Positions 28,744 through 38,500 of a DNA stretch of 64,000 bases are shown piece by piece. The notes under the pieces are model-generated. The model made no database searches and had not been told where the DNA came from. It worked only from the letters and a program-made list of their open reading frames with translations. The position numbers and the translations under genes were made by a program. The DNA is from Acidimicrobiales bacterium (GTDB lineage Bacteria; Actinomycetota; Acidimicrobiia; Acidimicrobiales; SZUA-35), in contig CBDCGP010000058.1 of the NCBI GenBank assembly GCA_965216655.1, positions 9,593-73,592 of the forward strand, written 5' to 3'. How positions within the stretch are numbered: position 1 is the stretch's first letter; the number at the start of each line of letters is the position of its first letter.

Positions 28744-28989
28744 ATGGGACATCGCAAATTCACCGATATCGCCGGCGACATCGGCCCGAATCGACGGGCT
28801 CGCATCGATGCCATCAAGGCCGAGACCCCAGTCGATGACAACGCCCGCCTACTTGCGCTCGAGCAGTTTGTTGCTGCCTACGAAGCGACACATGGTGAGA
28901 TCACCGACGATGAGATGGCGACGGCGGCTCAGAATACGCGTGCCCGAGCAGTTGTTAGTCGCGTTCATCGAGGTTCGCATTCAACCTGA
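28744..28989 (+). CDS. Small hypothetical protein, antitoxin-like remnant
   Basis: ATG 28744; P.RRARIDAIK N-terminal half and AYEATHGEITDDEM C-terminal half both resemble antitoxin segments; no toxin follows. Confidence 0.45.
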   Translation: MGHRKFTDIAGDIGPNRRARIDAIKAETPVDDNARLLALEQFVAAYEATHGEITDDEMATAAQNTRARAVVSRVHRGSHST

Positions 28990-29034
28990 CCGACCTGCGC
29001 CCCGGCACGGTCTCCGCTGTCTAGATCGAACTGG

Positions 29035-29544
29035 CTAAGCCGGGAAGTTCGGATCGAAGGCGGCGCGCACGGCGGTGTCCGGGCTGATGTGTGTCTTGTG
29101 GAGGGGGCTGCACGGCGTCTCGCTCATCCGCACCGACAGGTCGATCAGATCAGGGGCGGCGCCGCCGTGATACCAGCGGTGGTGGTCGGCGAGGAAGACG
29201 AACTCGTTCATGACGCCTACGACGCTGCGGTTGGCGGTCTTGGCCCATGTGGCTACATCCATCGCCGCTGCTTCTTGTGCGACGGTGTCCGCCGGTAGGC
29301 CGAGCTCGGTGAGCACGGCCGCGACCTGGCCCGGGATCCGTTCGGCCAGGGTCGCCGAGGGCGCAAGGTCGATGTAGACGGGAAGGAGCGTTGTCTCGTT
29401 GACCAGGATCGCAACCTCGGGGCGCCACGGCAGCTTGTTGGCATACCAGTTGCCGAGTCTGGTGGTCGGCCCGGTGTGCTCGTCGGCGGGGGTCTGCTTG
29501 ACCCGTGACAGTAACTTGCGGGTGGCGTGGATGGTGTAGGACAT
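29035..29544 (-). CDS. Hypothetical protein (DUF6933-like)
   Basis: I.ATRKLL, LGNWYAN, VNE.TLLP, KT.NRSVVG.MN, L...PC.P. Confidence 0.7.
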   Translation of the reverse strand: MSYTIHATRKLLSRVKQTPADEHTGPTTRLGNWYANKLPWRPEVAILVNETTLLPVYIDLAPSATLAERIPGQVAAVLTELGLPADTVAQEAAAMDVATWAKTANRSVVGVMNEFVFLADHHRWYHGGAAPDLIDLSVRMSETPCSPLHKTHISPDTAVRAAFDPNFPA

Positions 29545-29559
29545 CGGGTCGGGTGCGGG

Positions 29560-30246
29560 TTACGGGTAGACGTTGCCGACTTCGACGAGATGCCACCGGC
29601 CGTCGAGCTTGACCGCCTCGACGTTGACCGTCCATCCCGGTTGCGCGGCCTTGCTCGTCTTGGTCGACACGGTGAGCGGCGCGTCGAGCCCCTCGAACCA
29701 CAGGGCGCCGGGTTCGACCTTGGTGATGGTGAGGTAGTCGTCGACCCAGTGGTCGTCGGGGATGTCGGCGGCGTCGAAGGTGGGGAGGCGCTCGGCGTCG
29801 TCGTAGAGGAGGTCGGCGAGCTTGTCCAGGGCCGGAAGCTGCTTGGCCGCGGTACCGCCCTGGTCGGCCATCACGGCGGCCTGGGTTGGGTTGATGTGGC
29901 CGTTCTTGGCGAGCCAGGTGGCGAGCTTCCCGGTGACGGTGCCGGCCGACTTCAGCAGCTCCTTGCTCGCCATGACCTTGCGGATCATGAAGTAGTCGAG
30001 GAACTCGCCGACGTTCTCGGCGATCTTGTCGGGCCCGAACAGGCTCGTGAACGCGCCCTGCTCGTCGACCTCGAACCGCCCCTCCCACCGGGCGAACTCC
30101 TCGTCGGTCAGGGAGTTGGGTGCGTACCCGTTCATCGACATCGCCAGCAGCTCGATCACCTGCTCATACTGCTGATAGGTCCGCTCCGACAACCGAGCCC
30201 GCTGCTCATCCAGGAACCCGGCGAACACCTCATCGATCGTGGCCAT
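29560..30246 (-). CDS. Hypothetical protein
   Basis: 228-aa ORF with strong GC-rich codon bias; FL.YF..RKVM motif; C-terminal beta-rich part ending GNVYP. Confidence 0.75.
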   Translation of the reverse strand: MATIDEVFAGFLDEQRARLSERTYQQYEQVIELLAMSMNGYAPNSLTDEEFARWEGRFEVDEQGAFTSLFGPDKIAENVGEFLDYFMIRKVMASKELLKSAGTVTGKLATWLAKNGHINPTQAAVMADQGGTAAKQLPALDKLADLLYDDAERLPTFDAADIPDDHWVDDYLTITKVEPGALWFEGLDAPLTVSTKTSKAAQPGWTVNVEAVKLDGRWHLVEVGNVYP

Positions 30247-30288
30247 GGAGGTGAGCGTAGTTGCAGACCTATCGCAGCTTGCGCAGCG

Positions 30289-32010
30289 TCATGCCGGCAT
30301 CGATAGATAGCCTGCGTCACCAAACAAGACCCCGCGGCTGAGGAACCTGTTGAAGTACCGACAGCTCGGTTCCCCAAGGTGGAGGCAAGCGACGCAGGCT
30401 CCGCCTGCCGCCCTGCAACCGGGATCCATCGGGCATCGTTGCTCGCCTCGGGTGATGGTGCCGAGGAGGCGGTCGAGCTCGGTCTCGAAGAGGGCCTGGA
30501 GTCCCCCTAGCACGAAGTCACCACGCGATGATGCATAGACAAAGAAGCCGAGATGGAGTGGGACGAGAAGCTCTGAGAGCGAGTTTCGGTCCAAACCGGC
30601 GAATACCGAGGCCTGCCTGATGAATCGGTGCGCGTAGGCGTGTACGAGCGTCAGCAGATCGGTGCCGAGGGTCGTCGAGTCCGGCTCCTCACCGGGCATG
30701 GGCACGTCGGCTGCAGCCAAGATGGCCTGCCTCGCCTCTTTCGGATTCTGGGCCGGGTCGATCCGGCGTCCTCTGCGTCGGAGCCACTCGACCACTCGCA
30801 TCGGGTCCAGGCGGACGAACAGAGCCTCGGTCTCCAGCAGGTCAGCGTGCACCAGGTACTGGTTCGACCGTCGGTCTCGCCATAATCGCAACGTGGACTG
30901 GCCTGGGGTGCTGGCACCTCTCGTGTAGCCGAAGTTGCCGACGAGCACGGGGAACCGGTCGAGTAGGTCGACCTCCTGGAGGCCAGCTCGATGAAGGGCC
31001 AAGGTGTAGTCGATCCGATACCGGAGACCGAGCGCAGACCGCTCGTCCGTCGATGCGATCAACGACTCCACGTTCATTCGACCGTCGAGCATCGCTCCGG
31101 CGACAGCAGTCGCCTGGTCCAGCGCATCCGCCCGATTGGTCCCGAGATCGGCTGCCGGGTCCGCTGTTTCCACCTGCCCATCCTGTTCCGCGACCTCGGC
31201 CATCTTCTCGGCGGTCTCCCTCGGCAAACCCTTGGCGACCAGATCCTCGACCAAGGACGCCCGATCGATGATCAGATCCTTCATGTCGATCGAGGGCAAC
31301 CCATCTAGTACCCATGCGAGAGCACGATTCGGGCCCCCGCTGGCATGAAGCCGGGCGAGCTGATCATCCGAGAGCGGATTGACCATGGCGAAACTACGCG
31401 GCGTAAACACTGAAGCGGCACGGTGCACGGTCCAGCTGAGCCGCCCATCGTTGCACCCCCCGCAGGTCGTGAAGCCGAACCCCTTTCGCAGCTCGATGTT
31501 GCACACTGGGCACACGAACCTGATCTGGGATGCGTCGGCCGAGCCCGGGAAGATCACTCGGACATCGTCGTGAGCTCGGCAACGGGGTATCCAGGGCTCC
31601 TCAAGATGGCCGCAGTCGTGGTAGCCAACGAAGTGAAGCTGCCCGAATGCTCCCGGACCGCTGGCGCCGCATCGGCATGGTCCAGTGGCGCCACGCTTTC
31701 TGATACGGCTACAGGAACGGCACTGCCAGACGTCTGGAAAGCGCTCGACGGTCACGCCGTGGTCCTTGGCGACGGACACGACGCGGATCGGCTGCTCCTG
31801 TCGCAGTGCCCTCGCGAAGTGTGAATCCTTTCCCGTCGCCTCCCAGGGGCGGACGAGACGCAGCAGTTCTCGCCGTAGTGCGGCCTGGTTCACCTGAACG
31901 AACTCGGGCCCCATCCACTCGGCGACCTTCCATACGCCGCCGTTCAGGTCCGCGGTCTGCTGAGGGAGATAGCCGTGGAGTATCTGCGTTGTGCTCCGAC
32001 TCGCCTTCAT
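30289..32010 (-). CDS. DrmB-like protein with C-terminal DUF1998 Zn-binding domain
   Basis: Several CxxC motifs, HAYAH.FIR, and C..DP.C..ACVACL...E.SC..FN..L.R; ATGA overlap with the upstream helicase. Confidence 0.8.
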   Translation of the reverse strand: MKASRSTTQILHGYLPQQTADLNGGVWKVAEWMGPEFVQVNQAALRRELLRLVRPWEATGKDSHFARALRQEQPIRVVSVAKDHGVTVERFPDVWQCRSCSRIRKRGATGPCRCGASGPGAFGQLHFVGYHDCGHLEEPWIPRCRAHDDVRVIFPGSADASQIRFVCPVCNIELRKGFGFTTCGGCNDGRLSWTVHRAASVFTPRSFAMVNPLSDDQLARLHASGGPNRALAWVLDGLPSIDMKDLIIDRASLVEDLVAKGLPRETAEKMAEVAEQDGQVETADPAADLGTNRADALDQATAVAGAMLDGRMNVESLIASTDERSALGLRYRIDYTLALHRAGLQEVDLLDRFPVLVGNFGYTRGASTPGQSTLRLWRDRRSNQYLVHADLLETEALFVRLDPMRVVEWLRRRGRRIDPAQNPKEARQAILAAADVPMPGEEPDSTTLGTDLLTLVHAYAHRFIRQASVFAGLDRNSLSELLVPLHLGFFVYASSRGDFVLGGLQALFETELDRLLGTITRGEQRCPMDPGCRAAGGACVACLHLGEPSCRYFNRFLSRGVLFGDAGYLSMPA

Positions 32011-35000
32011 CGCCGTCCTTCCAACTTCTCTCGGATCGGTGCTGTCTCTTCCACATCGCGAAGAGAAAGCATTGGCCGGCGACCGCCTGGGCTCAGCTCA
32101 CTCGGGAAGATCGCTCCCTCCGGAGGCACCTCCAAGTTGAAGAGGAACTGCTCGATCCAATCCCTGATCTTGGCCCGGATGTTCGAGTCGAGTTCGTCTG
32201 TCACGCCGAGAAGCTCAGCAACCGCAGAAGCTTCCTCGTCGACATCGAAGGGGAACGCCTGGTCGTACTCCTTCAGCGCCTTGATCATCGTGAGGCCTCG
32301 GCGCCATCGATGCTCGTGGAGGTGAAGCAGGCGAGCCATCATGATCCCAGGCATGGTGTTGTCCAGCACCCTCACCGATCGTTTGGTCACCGGTACGGGT
32401 TCGACGAAGCGATCACCCTGCGAGACGAATTGCGGCCAGGAACGGTAGGTGCTGGCATCCCGCTCGCGCGCCATCTTGTGGAGAACGAACACGAATCCAG
32501 GCCAGGTCCTCCCGATCCGGGCGGTCGTCTGGATGTACTCGGCGGTCGTGAGGGGAAGGCCGAGCACCACCATGGTGTTGAGCCGATCGACGTCCACACC
32601 ATGGGACATCATCGACGAAGCGGTGATCACGTGGATCCGTTCGTCGTAGTCGGCCTGGGGATGCTGAAGCTGATCGAGTGTCTCCCTGACCTCTTCGAAG
32701 GGCGTCTGGCCGGTGAGCGATCGCCTGATGAGCGGACCGTCGACCGGCACCTGGGTTTCCAGCGACCTGCTGGCCGCCTCCAGATCTCGGATGGTGTTGC
32801 CATAGACGACGGCGGTGCCGAACAGGTCGAGGAGCCGATCAGCATGATCGAGATCGACTCCTGCCTCGGCGCAGACCACAGCAGGATCGTCCCGGAGACG
32901 CCGGAGCTGTTGCTGAAGGATCGTCACGATCCGGTCGTTGGCGAACTCCAGAGTTGCGCCGCGCGGCGCAAGTGCGATGTGGCGACGCGACAGCTCCTCC
33001 GACGGAGCGGTCCAGAAGCCCACGTCAGTCGACGGTCCTTGGACCGGGAAGACGCGAGCCTGACGCCGGTACAGTACATCGACCTGATGCTCGTAGCCCG
33101 ACAGCGTGGCGGAGGAGCCCAGGATCTTGGCAGAAGTCCCAGTCCGCTCAAGCTGGAGATGATCCAGGAGCGCCTCATAGTGGGCGTCGACAGCCCCGAG
33201 AGCGTCGCGCAGCAGATGGAGTTCGTCCTGAAGGCGAAAGGTCGGCGCATAGCGATGTTCGGGCATGGGAAGCGGATCGACACTGCGATCACAGCCCGGC
33301 ACGAGGCAACCCTGCGGCTTCTTCTTCCGGCGGGCGTAGGTGTGACCGTGACCCGGCTCACTGCAGATGCCAGCCGGCGGTCCGAACAGACCGGCCATTG
33401 CGGCCTGAATCGACAGCGACGCGATCTTGTCCAGCGTCCCGATGACGGCCGTCGGGAGAAACCGGTAGATCTCATCGTCGACGACATAGAACGGCAGCGG
33501 GCGATCGCCCCACGGGCAGTCGGTATTGGAGCAGCGATGATCGAGCCGCCAGAGCTCAGGATCGAAGTCCATCTCGATCTCGTCACCGAAGCAGAAGGGG
33601 CACTGAAGCAGGACCCGGTATCGACCTGGCATGTTCGGATCCTCGGTATCCGGCATCCAGTCTTCGGCCGGATCAGGGTCGAGACGGTTGGGAGTGGCTC
33701 CGGCCCCGATGAGAAACCCCAGCGAGATGGGCTCACCGGGGATCTCGGCCGACTGCCTCACCAACTCGGCACCAGCCATGGCGTCGGCAAATCGCTGAGT
33801 TTGCTGCAGCGACAACAACCGCAGGGGAAAGCGACTCCAGGCCGTGACACCGGTCGTCTTGCCCGTGGCCCTGTCGTAGAGAGCGGCCATGACGACCAAC
33901 CCGAGATAGGTCTCCGTCTTGCCACCTCCTGTTGCGAACCACACGACATCTGCGGTCATGGCTTCAGCTGTCGGGTCTGCAACTGCAGGACAGCAAGCGA
34001 TCACGAAGGCGAGCTGGAACGGTCGCCAACCTGGATAGCGGCCCCGCGAGGAGTGGACCATCGCCTGATTCATCAGGCAAAACGCCCGGAGCAGATTCTC
34101 ATTCGCCTGCAGAGCGGCAACACCAGCCGCGAGCCTCTCGGCCTCCTGTTCGTAGTCGCGACGGCCGCTGAGTGCAGCCTCCCGGACTTCGTCGGTCCAG
34201 CCTTGGATACGCGCCCGCTCGCCCAATGCCTCGTCCGACCAATGGACATCACCCCACGCCCTGTGAGCTCGTGCGAGCTCGTGGAGTGCGGGTAATGGGT
34301 CGTCGGCCAGGCTCGCAAACGACAGCTCGGGACATGCCGATTCGGCGTTCCAGAAGGTCGGCCGGTACTGGCGGGTCTCGATCGCGTCGACCGTTCGAAG
34401 CCTGCCATCATCGAGCGCCTCGATCCCGGCGTTGATCCCGTAGCACATGACCCTGCGGTCGTAGCGGTAGGAGTCGGGAAGCGATTCGAGAAGGTATGGA
34501 GTGATCGCCGGCGGCGTGACCGACAGTTCGACCTCGAACAAGTTCGACGAGACCCCTCGGATGCGCGCAGGCGAGGTATTCACGACCGTGAGCTCGACCG
34601 AGGGACCATCCAAGGTCTCGACGACCTCGGCTCGGACGACGGCTGAGAGGTCAGGGCATCCCGACGTTCGCTCCAGCTCCGTGGCGAGTCGTCCACCGAA
34701 ATGGTCGGTGACGCCATCCCGGATCTCGAGCAGACCGCCGACCTCACAGTACGGCGACTTCCTCCACATCGAGCCGTCGGAGGTCCACGTGGCGCACCTG
34801 ACCACGACGTCGAAGGTCCAGGGCGCAGGACCTACCGGTTGCACCCGAATGCCGACGGCCGAAGGATCGAGTCGCTCACCGCGCTCACCGATCCCCCGAG
34901 TCAACTGCCCCTCTTCCGGCGCGAGCGTGCCCAGCCAGAAGCGGCTGCTGGGGTCCAGCTCAGCCTCGACGACGTCCCTCCCACGTGCCTCCTGGATGAC

Positions 35001-35051
35001 CTTGTCAGACAACCACGCGCCGAATGTCTCCGCCGCCTGGCGTTCACTCAT
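32007..35051 (-). CDS. DrmA-like superfamily 2 helicase
   Basis: WRPFQLAF, Walker A FATGGGKTE.Y, LRLL.LQQ.QR, QDELHL, SAT, S.MSHGVDV.RL, EYIQ..ARIGR; ATG 35051 overlaps the sigma gene stop. Confidence 0.85.
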   Translation of the reverse strand: MSERQAAETFGAWLSDKVIQEARGRDVVEAELDPSSRFWLGTLAPEEGQLTRGIGERGERLDPSAVGIRVQPVGPAPWTFDVVVRCATWTSDGSMWRKSPYCEVGGLLEIRDGVTDHFGGRLATELERTSGCPDLSAVVRAEVVETLDGPSVELTVVNTSPARIRGVSSNLFEVELSVTPPAITPYLLESLPDSYRYDRRVMCYGINAGIEALDDGRLRTVDAIETRQYRPTFWNAESACPELSFASLADDPLPALHELARAHRAWGDVHWSDEALGERARIQGWTDEVREAALSGRRDYEQEAERLAAGVAALQANENLLRAFCLMNQAMVHSSRGRYPGWRPFQLAFVIACCPAVADPTAEAMTADVVWFATGGGKTETYLGLVVMAALYDRATGKTTGVTAWSRFPLRLLSLQQTQRFADAMAGAELVRQSAEIPGEPISLGFLIGAGATPNRLDPDPAEDWMPDTEDPNMPGRYRVLLQCPFCFGDEIEMDFDPELWRLDHRCSNTDCPWGDRPLPFYVVDDEIYRFLPTAVIGTLDKIASLSIQAAMAGLFGPPAGICSEPGHGHTYARRKKKPQGCLVPGCDRSVDPLPMPEHRYAPTFRLQDELHLLRDALGAVDAHYEALLDHLQLERTGTSAKILGSSATLSGYEHQVDVLYRRQARVFPVQGPSTDVGFWTAPSEELSRRHIALAPRGATLEFANDRIVTILQQQLRRLRDDPAVVCAEAGVDLDHADRLLDLFGTAVVYGNTIRDLEAASRSLETQVPVDGPLIRRSLTGQTPFEEVRETLDQLQHPQADYDERIHVITASSMMSHGVDVDRLNTMVVLGLPLTTAEYIQTTARIGRTWPGFVFVLHKMARERDASTYRSWPQFVSQGDRFVEPVPVTKRSVRVLDNTMPGIMMARLLHLHEHRWRRGLTMIKALKEYDQAFPFDVDEEASAVAELLGVTDELDSNIRAKIRDWIEQFLFNLEVPPEGAIFPSELSPGGRRPMLSLRDVEETAPIREKLEGRR

Positions 35052-36591
35052 CACGATTCTGTTCCTCCTGGAGTAGGCGAGCGATCGAGACCTCGGCATC
35101 AGCGAACGCTGGGCCATCGGGCTGCGCTGGAAGCAAGTCCCCGGCGTTCATAGCGATGATCAGTTCGAGGACGTGGTCGGCGAGCTCCGCTCGATGGTCT
35201 CCGATCAGGCCTGTCCGATGTTCCTCGAAACCGGCAAGGAGACGGTCCGCAGTCATGACACCGATGGCGCGATTCGAATAGATCTGCTCGAGTGGACGCA
35301 GCGAGTCACTACCAATCGGCCGATGTTCGCGCGTCTCCGCCGCGTCGACGACAGCTCCCTGTTGCACGAATTCCCCATCTGGTTCGCTTTCTGGTTGACG
35401 TGCGAGTTTGGCCGGGACCGACGGTAGGCTATCGGGGGACCCGAGAATCCGTCGCAGCTCTGCGAGCGTCTTGGACTCGATCTGACGGATGCGTTCGCGG
35501 GTGACGCCGAACTCTTGGCCGATCTCCTCGAGCGTATGCTTCCGACGGTCTCCAAGGCCGAAGCGTAGGCGGATGACCTCTGCCGACCGGTCATCGAGCT
35601 CGGCGATCGCCCGCTGGAGCCATGCGGCCTCGCTCTTCCCTGCGGCAATCTCCTCAGGAGACGGGAACTGACTGACCAGCGTCTGCTCCAGCGAGAAGCC
35701 CCTTTCAGCGCTGAGTGGGGCGTCGAGACTCGACCCAACACGTGCCCAATCCTCCATCGCCTGGATTTTTCCCGCATCGATTCCGGTCGCTTCAGCCAGT
35801 TCGGCGAGGCTCGGATCTCGACCGATCGTCGCTCTCGAGCGACGCTTCGCTGCCTCGACTCGACGACGCTCGTCACGAGCGTGCACCGGCCAGCGGATCG
35901 TCTGATCCAGATTGTCGACCGCCCGCTGGAGCGATTGCTTGACCCACCAGGTCGCGTACGTGGAGAACTTGTAGCCCTTCGTGGGGTCGAACTTCTCCAC
36001 AGCTCGGTAGAGGCCGAACATGCCTTCCTGGATGAGATCGAGGAGATCGAGTTTCTGGCTGAGACGGTGAGCGAAGCGGGCCTGCCAGATCACGAGACGG
36101 ATGTTGCCCAGTAGGAACTGCTCGAAGGCCTTCTGGCCTTCCTCGATGATGGCCTGCTGCCCTGGGCTGGGCTCACTCTCGCCGAGCTGCATCCGAAGCT
36201 CTGCCATCGCCGCGATCCGTCGCGACAGCTTCCGTTCTGCCTCTGCGGTCAGGAGCCGGTACCGCTCAAGGTCGTTCAGGAACAGGCCCATGAGATCGAG
36301 CACCTGTTTGTCACCGAGGTCGTCCGGTGCCCATCCATCGAGTGTTGGCGCGTCGTCGACGAGGAGGCCCTCTCCGATGAGATGGGATCGGACCTCGGCG
36401 GTCTGCGCCGCATCGAGGTCCCTTCGTTGGCAGATGGAGAGCACTTTGTCGTAGTCGAGCGACTGCGTCCTACTGTGTTCGGCGCGCAGCCGCTTGACGG
36501 CCTCGACTACCGGATCTTTGGCCACGGCCCCCACCTCCGGCCCGGATGACGTTTCGCCGGATCGTACCCACGAATCAGTATTAGTTTGCAT
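35044..36591 (-). CDS. RpoD/SigA-like sigma-70 factor with C-terminal extension
   Basis: Region 1.2 LLTAEAE..L, region 2 DLIQEG.FGL.RAVEKFD.TKGYKFSTYATWW, region 3 SLDAP, region 4 TLEEIG..FGVTRERIRQIE. Confidence 0.88.
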   Translation of the reverse strand: MQTNTDSWVRSGETSSGPEVGAVAKDPVVEAVKRLRAEHSRTQSLDYDKVLSICQRRDLDAAQTAEVRSHLIGEGLLVDDAPTLDGWAPDDLGDKQVLDLMGLFLNDLERYRLLTAEAERKLSRRIAAMAELRMQLGESEPSPGQQAIIEEGQKAFEQFLLGNIRLVIWQARFAHRLSQKLDLLDLIQEGMFGLYRAVEKFDPTKGYKFSTYATWWVKQSLQRAVDNLDQTIRWPVHARDERRRVEAAKRRSRATIGRDPSLAELAEATGIDAGKIQAMEDWARVGSSLDAPLSAERGFSLEQTLVSQFPSPEEIAAGKSEAAWLQRAIAELDDRSAEVIRLRFGLGDRRKHTLEEIGQEFGVTRERIRQIESKTLAELRRILGSPDSLPSVPAKLARQPESEPDGEFVQQGAVVDAAETREHRPIGSDSLRPLEQIYSNRAIGVMTADRLLAGFEEHRTGLIGDHRAELADHVLELIIAMNAGDLLPAQPDGPAFADAEVSIARLLQEEQNRDE

Positions 36592-36718
36592 TTCGAGCCG
36601 GCAGGCGGGAGGCGGAAATCGACGTTCTCTAGCATCAGGAGATCAATCGGCCCATTCCGAGTTCGCCGGCGTCCATTCAGGAATAACCGCTGTCGACTCT
36701 CTCGATCCTACAACTGAA

Positions 36719-37837
36719 CTATTGTGATGAATGGATACGCTCACGGGGTTCCAGACGCCGGCGGAGACGGCCGAGTGTCTTTGACTCGATCTGACTGATC
36801 CGACTCTCGGTCAATTCGATTTCGTCAGCGATTTCGTTCTGAGTCCAAGGTCGGCCGTCCTCGATGCCATACCTCAAGCGGATAATCCTGGCCGTGCGAG
36901 TATCGAGTGTCGAGATGGCCTGATGTAGCCGCGCCGCCTCATCTGCGTCGATCACTAGCTCCTCCGGCGTCTTTGCGGAGCAGGTGACGGTGTGACCCAA
37001 CGATACCTCTACGGTTGAGGAGGTCGGGCCGTCCAAGCTCGAAGTGACATGCGCCCAATCGCTCATCGCAACAATTCGCGCCGGCGAAACGCCTGTGGCA
37101 TCGGACAGCTCGGAGAGATGCGGATCAGTGCCGGTGTCAGCAATGAGCTTATCCCTAGCCTTCTGCACCAGTACGTGGCTTCTCACTGCGCTTCGCGGCC
37201 ACCGGATTGTTCGATTGCGTTCCACGAAGGCCTCTTCGATCGAACTCATGATCAACCACGACCCATACGTCGCAAACCTGAATCCCGCAGTTGCATCGAA
37301 TCTTTCGACGGCTCGAAGCAGTCCGAAAACGCCTTCCTGGAAGAGGTCCGATTCTTCCAGAGTGCGACCACGCCGGCGAGCACGGCGGGCTTGCCGTGCG
37401 ACCAGGCGGACATTCGCCAATACGAGCTCCTCGTATGCTTCGCCCCCCTCGTCGAGAAGCGACTGCTCGGCGGGCGTAGCTTCGGCGTCCCGAAGCCGGT
37501 CTCGCAGCTCGGTCATTGCCCGTACGCGACGGGACAGCGATCGCTCCTCGTCGCTGGTCAACATCGAGCAGCGCGTGAGGTCCTTCGGGAACAGCGGTGC
37601 CCGACGGTCGAGCGGCCGCCGACGAGGTCGAATGGACTTTCCCAGTAGCCTCGCGTTCAAGTCAGCTTCGCGCAGCAGACCCTCCGCTCTGAGCCGGGTC
37701 CGGACCTCGGCAATCTGGGTGCCGCTGAGTTCTCGCCTCTGACAGATAGACAACACTCTGTCGTTGTCGAGAGTCTGTGTTCGAGCCAGCTCAGCCCGCA
37801 GGCGCTCGACGGCTTCTGCTACAGCATCCCGATTCAT
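36719..37837 (-). CDS. Second, divergent sigma-70 family factor
   Basis: ATG 37837. ANVRLV, DLFQEG.FGL.RAVERFD..GFRFATY, SSLD, IIRLRYG, EIA..LTESRISQIESK. Confidence 0.82.
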   Translation of the reverse strand: MNRDAVAEAVERLRAELARTQTLDNDRVLSICQRRELSGTQIAEVRTRLRAEGLLREADLNARLLGKSIRPRRRPLDRRAPLFPKDLTRCSMLTSDEERSLSRRVRAMTELRDRLRDAEATPAEQSLLDEGGEAYEELVLANVRLVARQARRARRRGRTLEESDLFQEGVFGLLRAVERFDATAGFRFATYGSWLIMSSIEEAFVERNRTIRWPRSAVRSHVLVQKARDKLIADTGTDPHLSELSDATGVSPARIVAMSDWAHVTSSLDGPTSSTVEVSLGHTVTCSAKTPEELVIDADEAARLHQAISTLDTRTARIIRLRYGIEDGRPWTQNEIADEIELTESRISQIESKTLGRLRRRLEPRERIHSSQ

Positions 37838-38500
37838 CAGCTGATTCTCCGATGTCGACTCGTTGCCTTGGTCGACCCGCCGGCGATCGGGGTCGACGGC
37901 CAAGGCAGTGCAACCTCTCGGATGATCGGCATGCCAACACTGAAACTGATGCACTTTCGATAGAGGGGCCAGCTGGACTGCCCAATCTGACTCGCCACCC
38001 AACCGGTCCGCGGCAAGGCCTCTAGCTATGGCGTGTTGGACCAAATCACCAACTACGTGGCTAAGATTCGCTACGAGTCGCGGCACGGTTCAGTAGCCGG
38101 TGCTGTATACCTGGTCGTCGGCTCGGTAGGGCCGAGACCATGGCCACGGACAAGGTGCCGCGCCTACGCCGGCATAACTCCGGCATCGGCGCTGACTCAC
38201 CAACGGTTCGCAATTCCGTCGCCTGGTGCTACCGACTTGCCGTTGTCCAGCCCGTCGACCACATCAGATCCGGTCATGAGGCACTCAATTTCGATGATTA
38301 CGGCGTCAGGTCGATGGACACCACTGCGTCGGGCGCCTGCTCGACGGCACAATCCATCAGCACATGCCCGATCGCTTCGACAGAAGATCGCCGCTGAGCG
38401 TCATGACGCCGGTGACCGTGTCCGCCGAAGTAATCACCGAACCCTACCGGCACTGTCGATCGACCTTTGTTGCCTCGAACCGACGCTGGTCACGAGTGTC

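Noticed and set aside
31806-34295. 829-aa plus-strand ORF (and similar long ORFs such as 10634-12262, 53075-54829, 40627-42105)
   Set aside because: Antisense shadows of well-supported genes, expected in high-GC DNA; no recognisable motifs.
35044-36591. Calling this the housekeeping rpoD/sigA
   Set aside because: Defence-island context, divergent region 2.1, unusual tail and no dnaG or other core neighbours.
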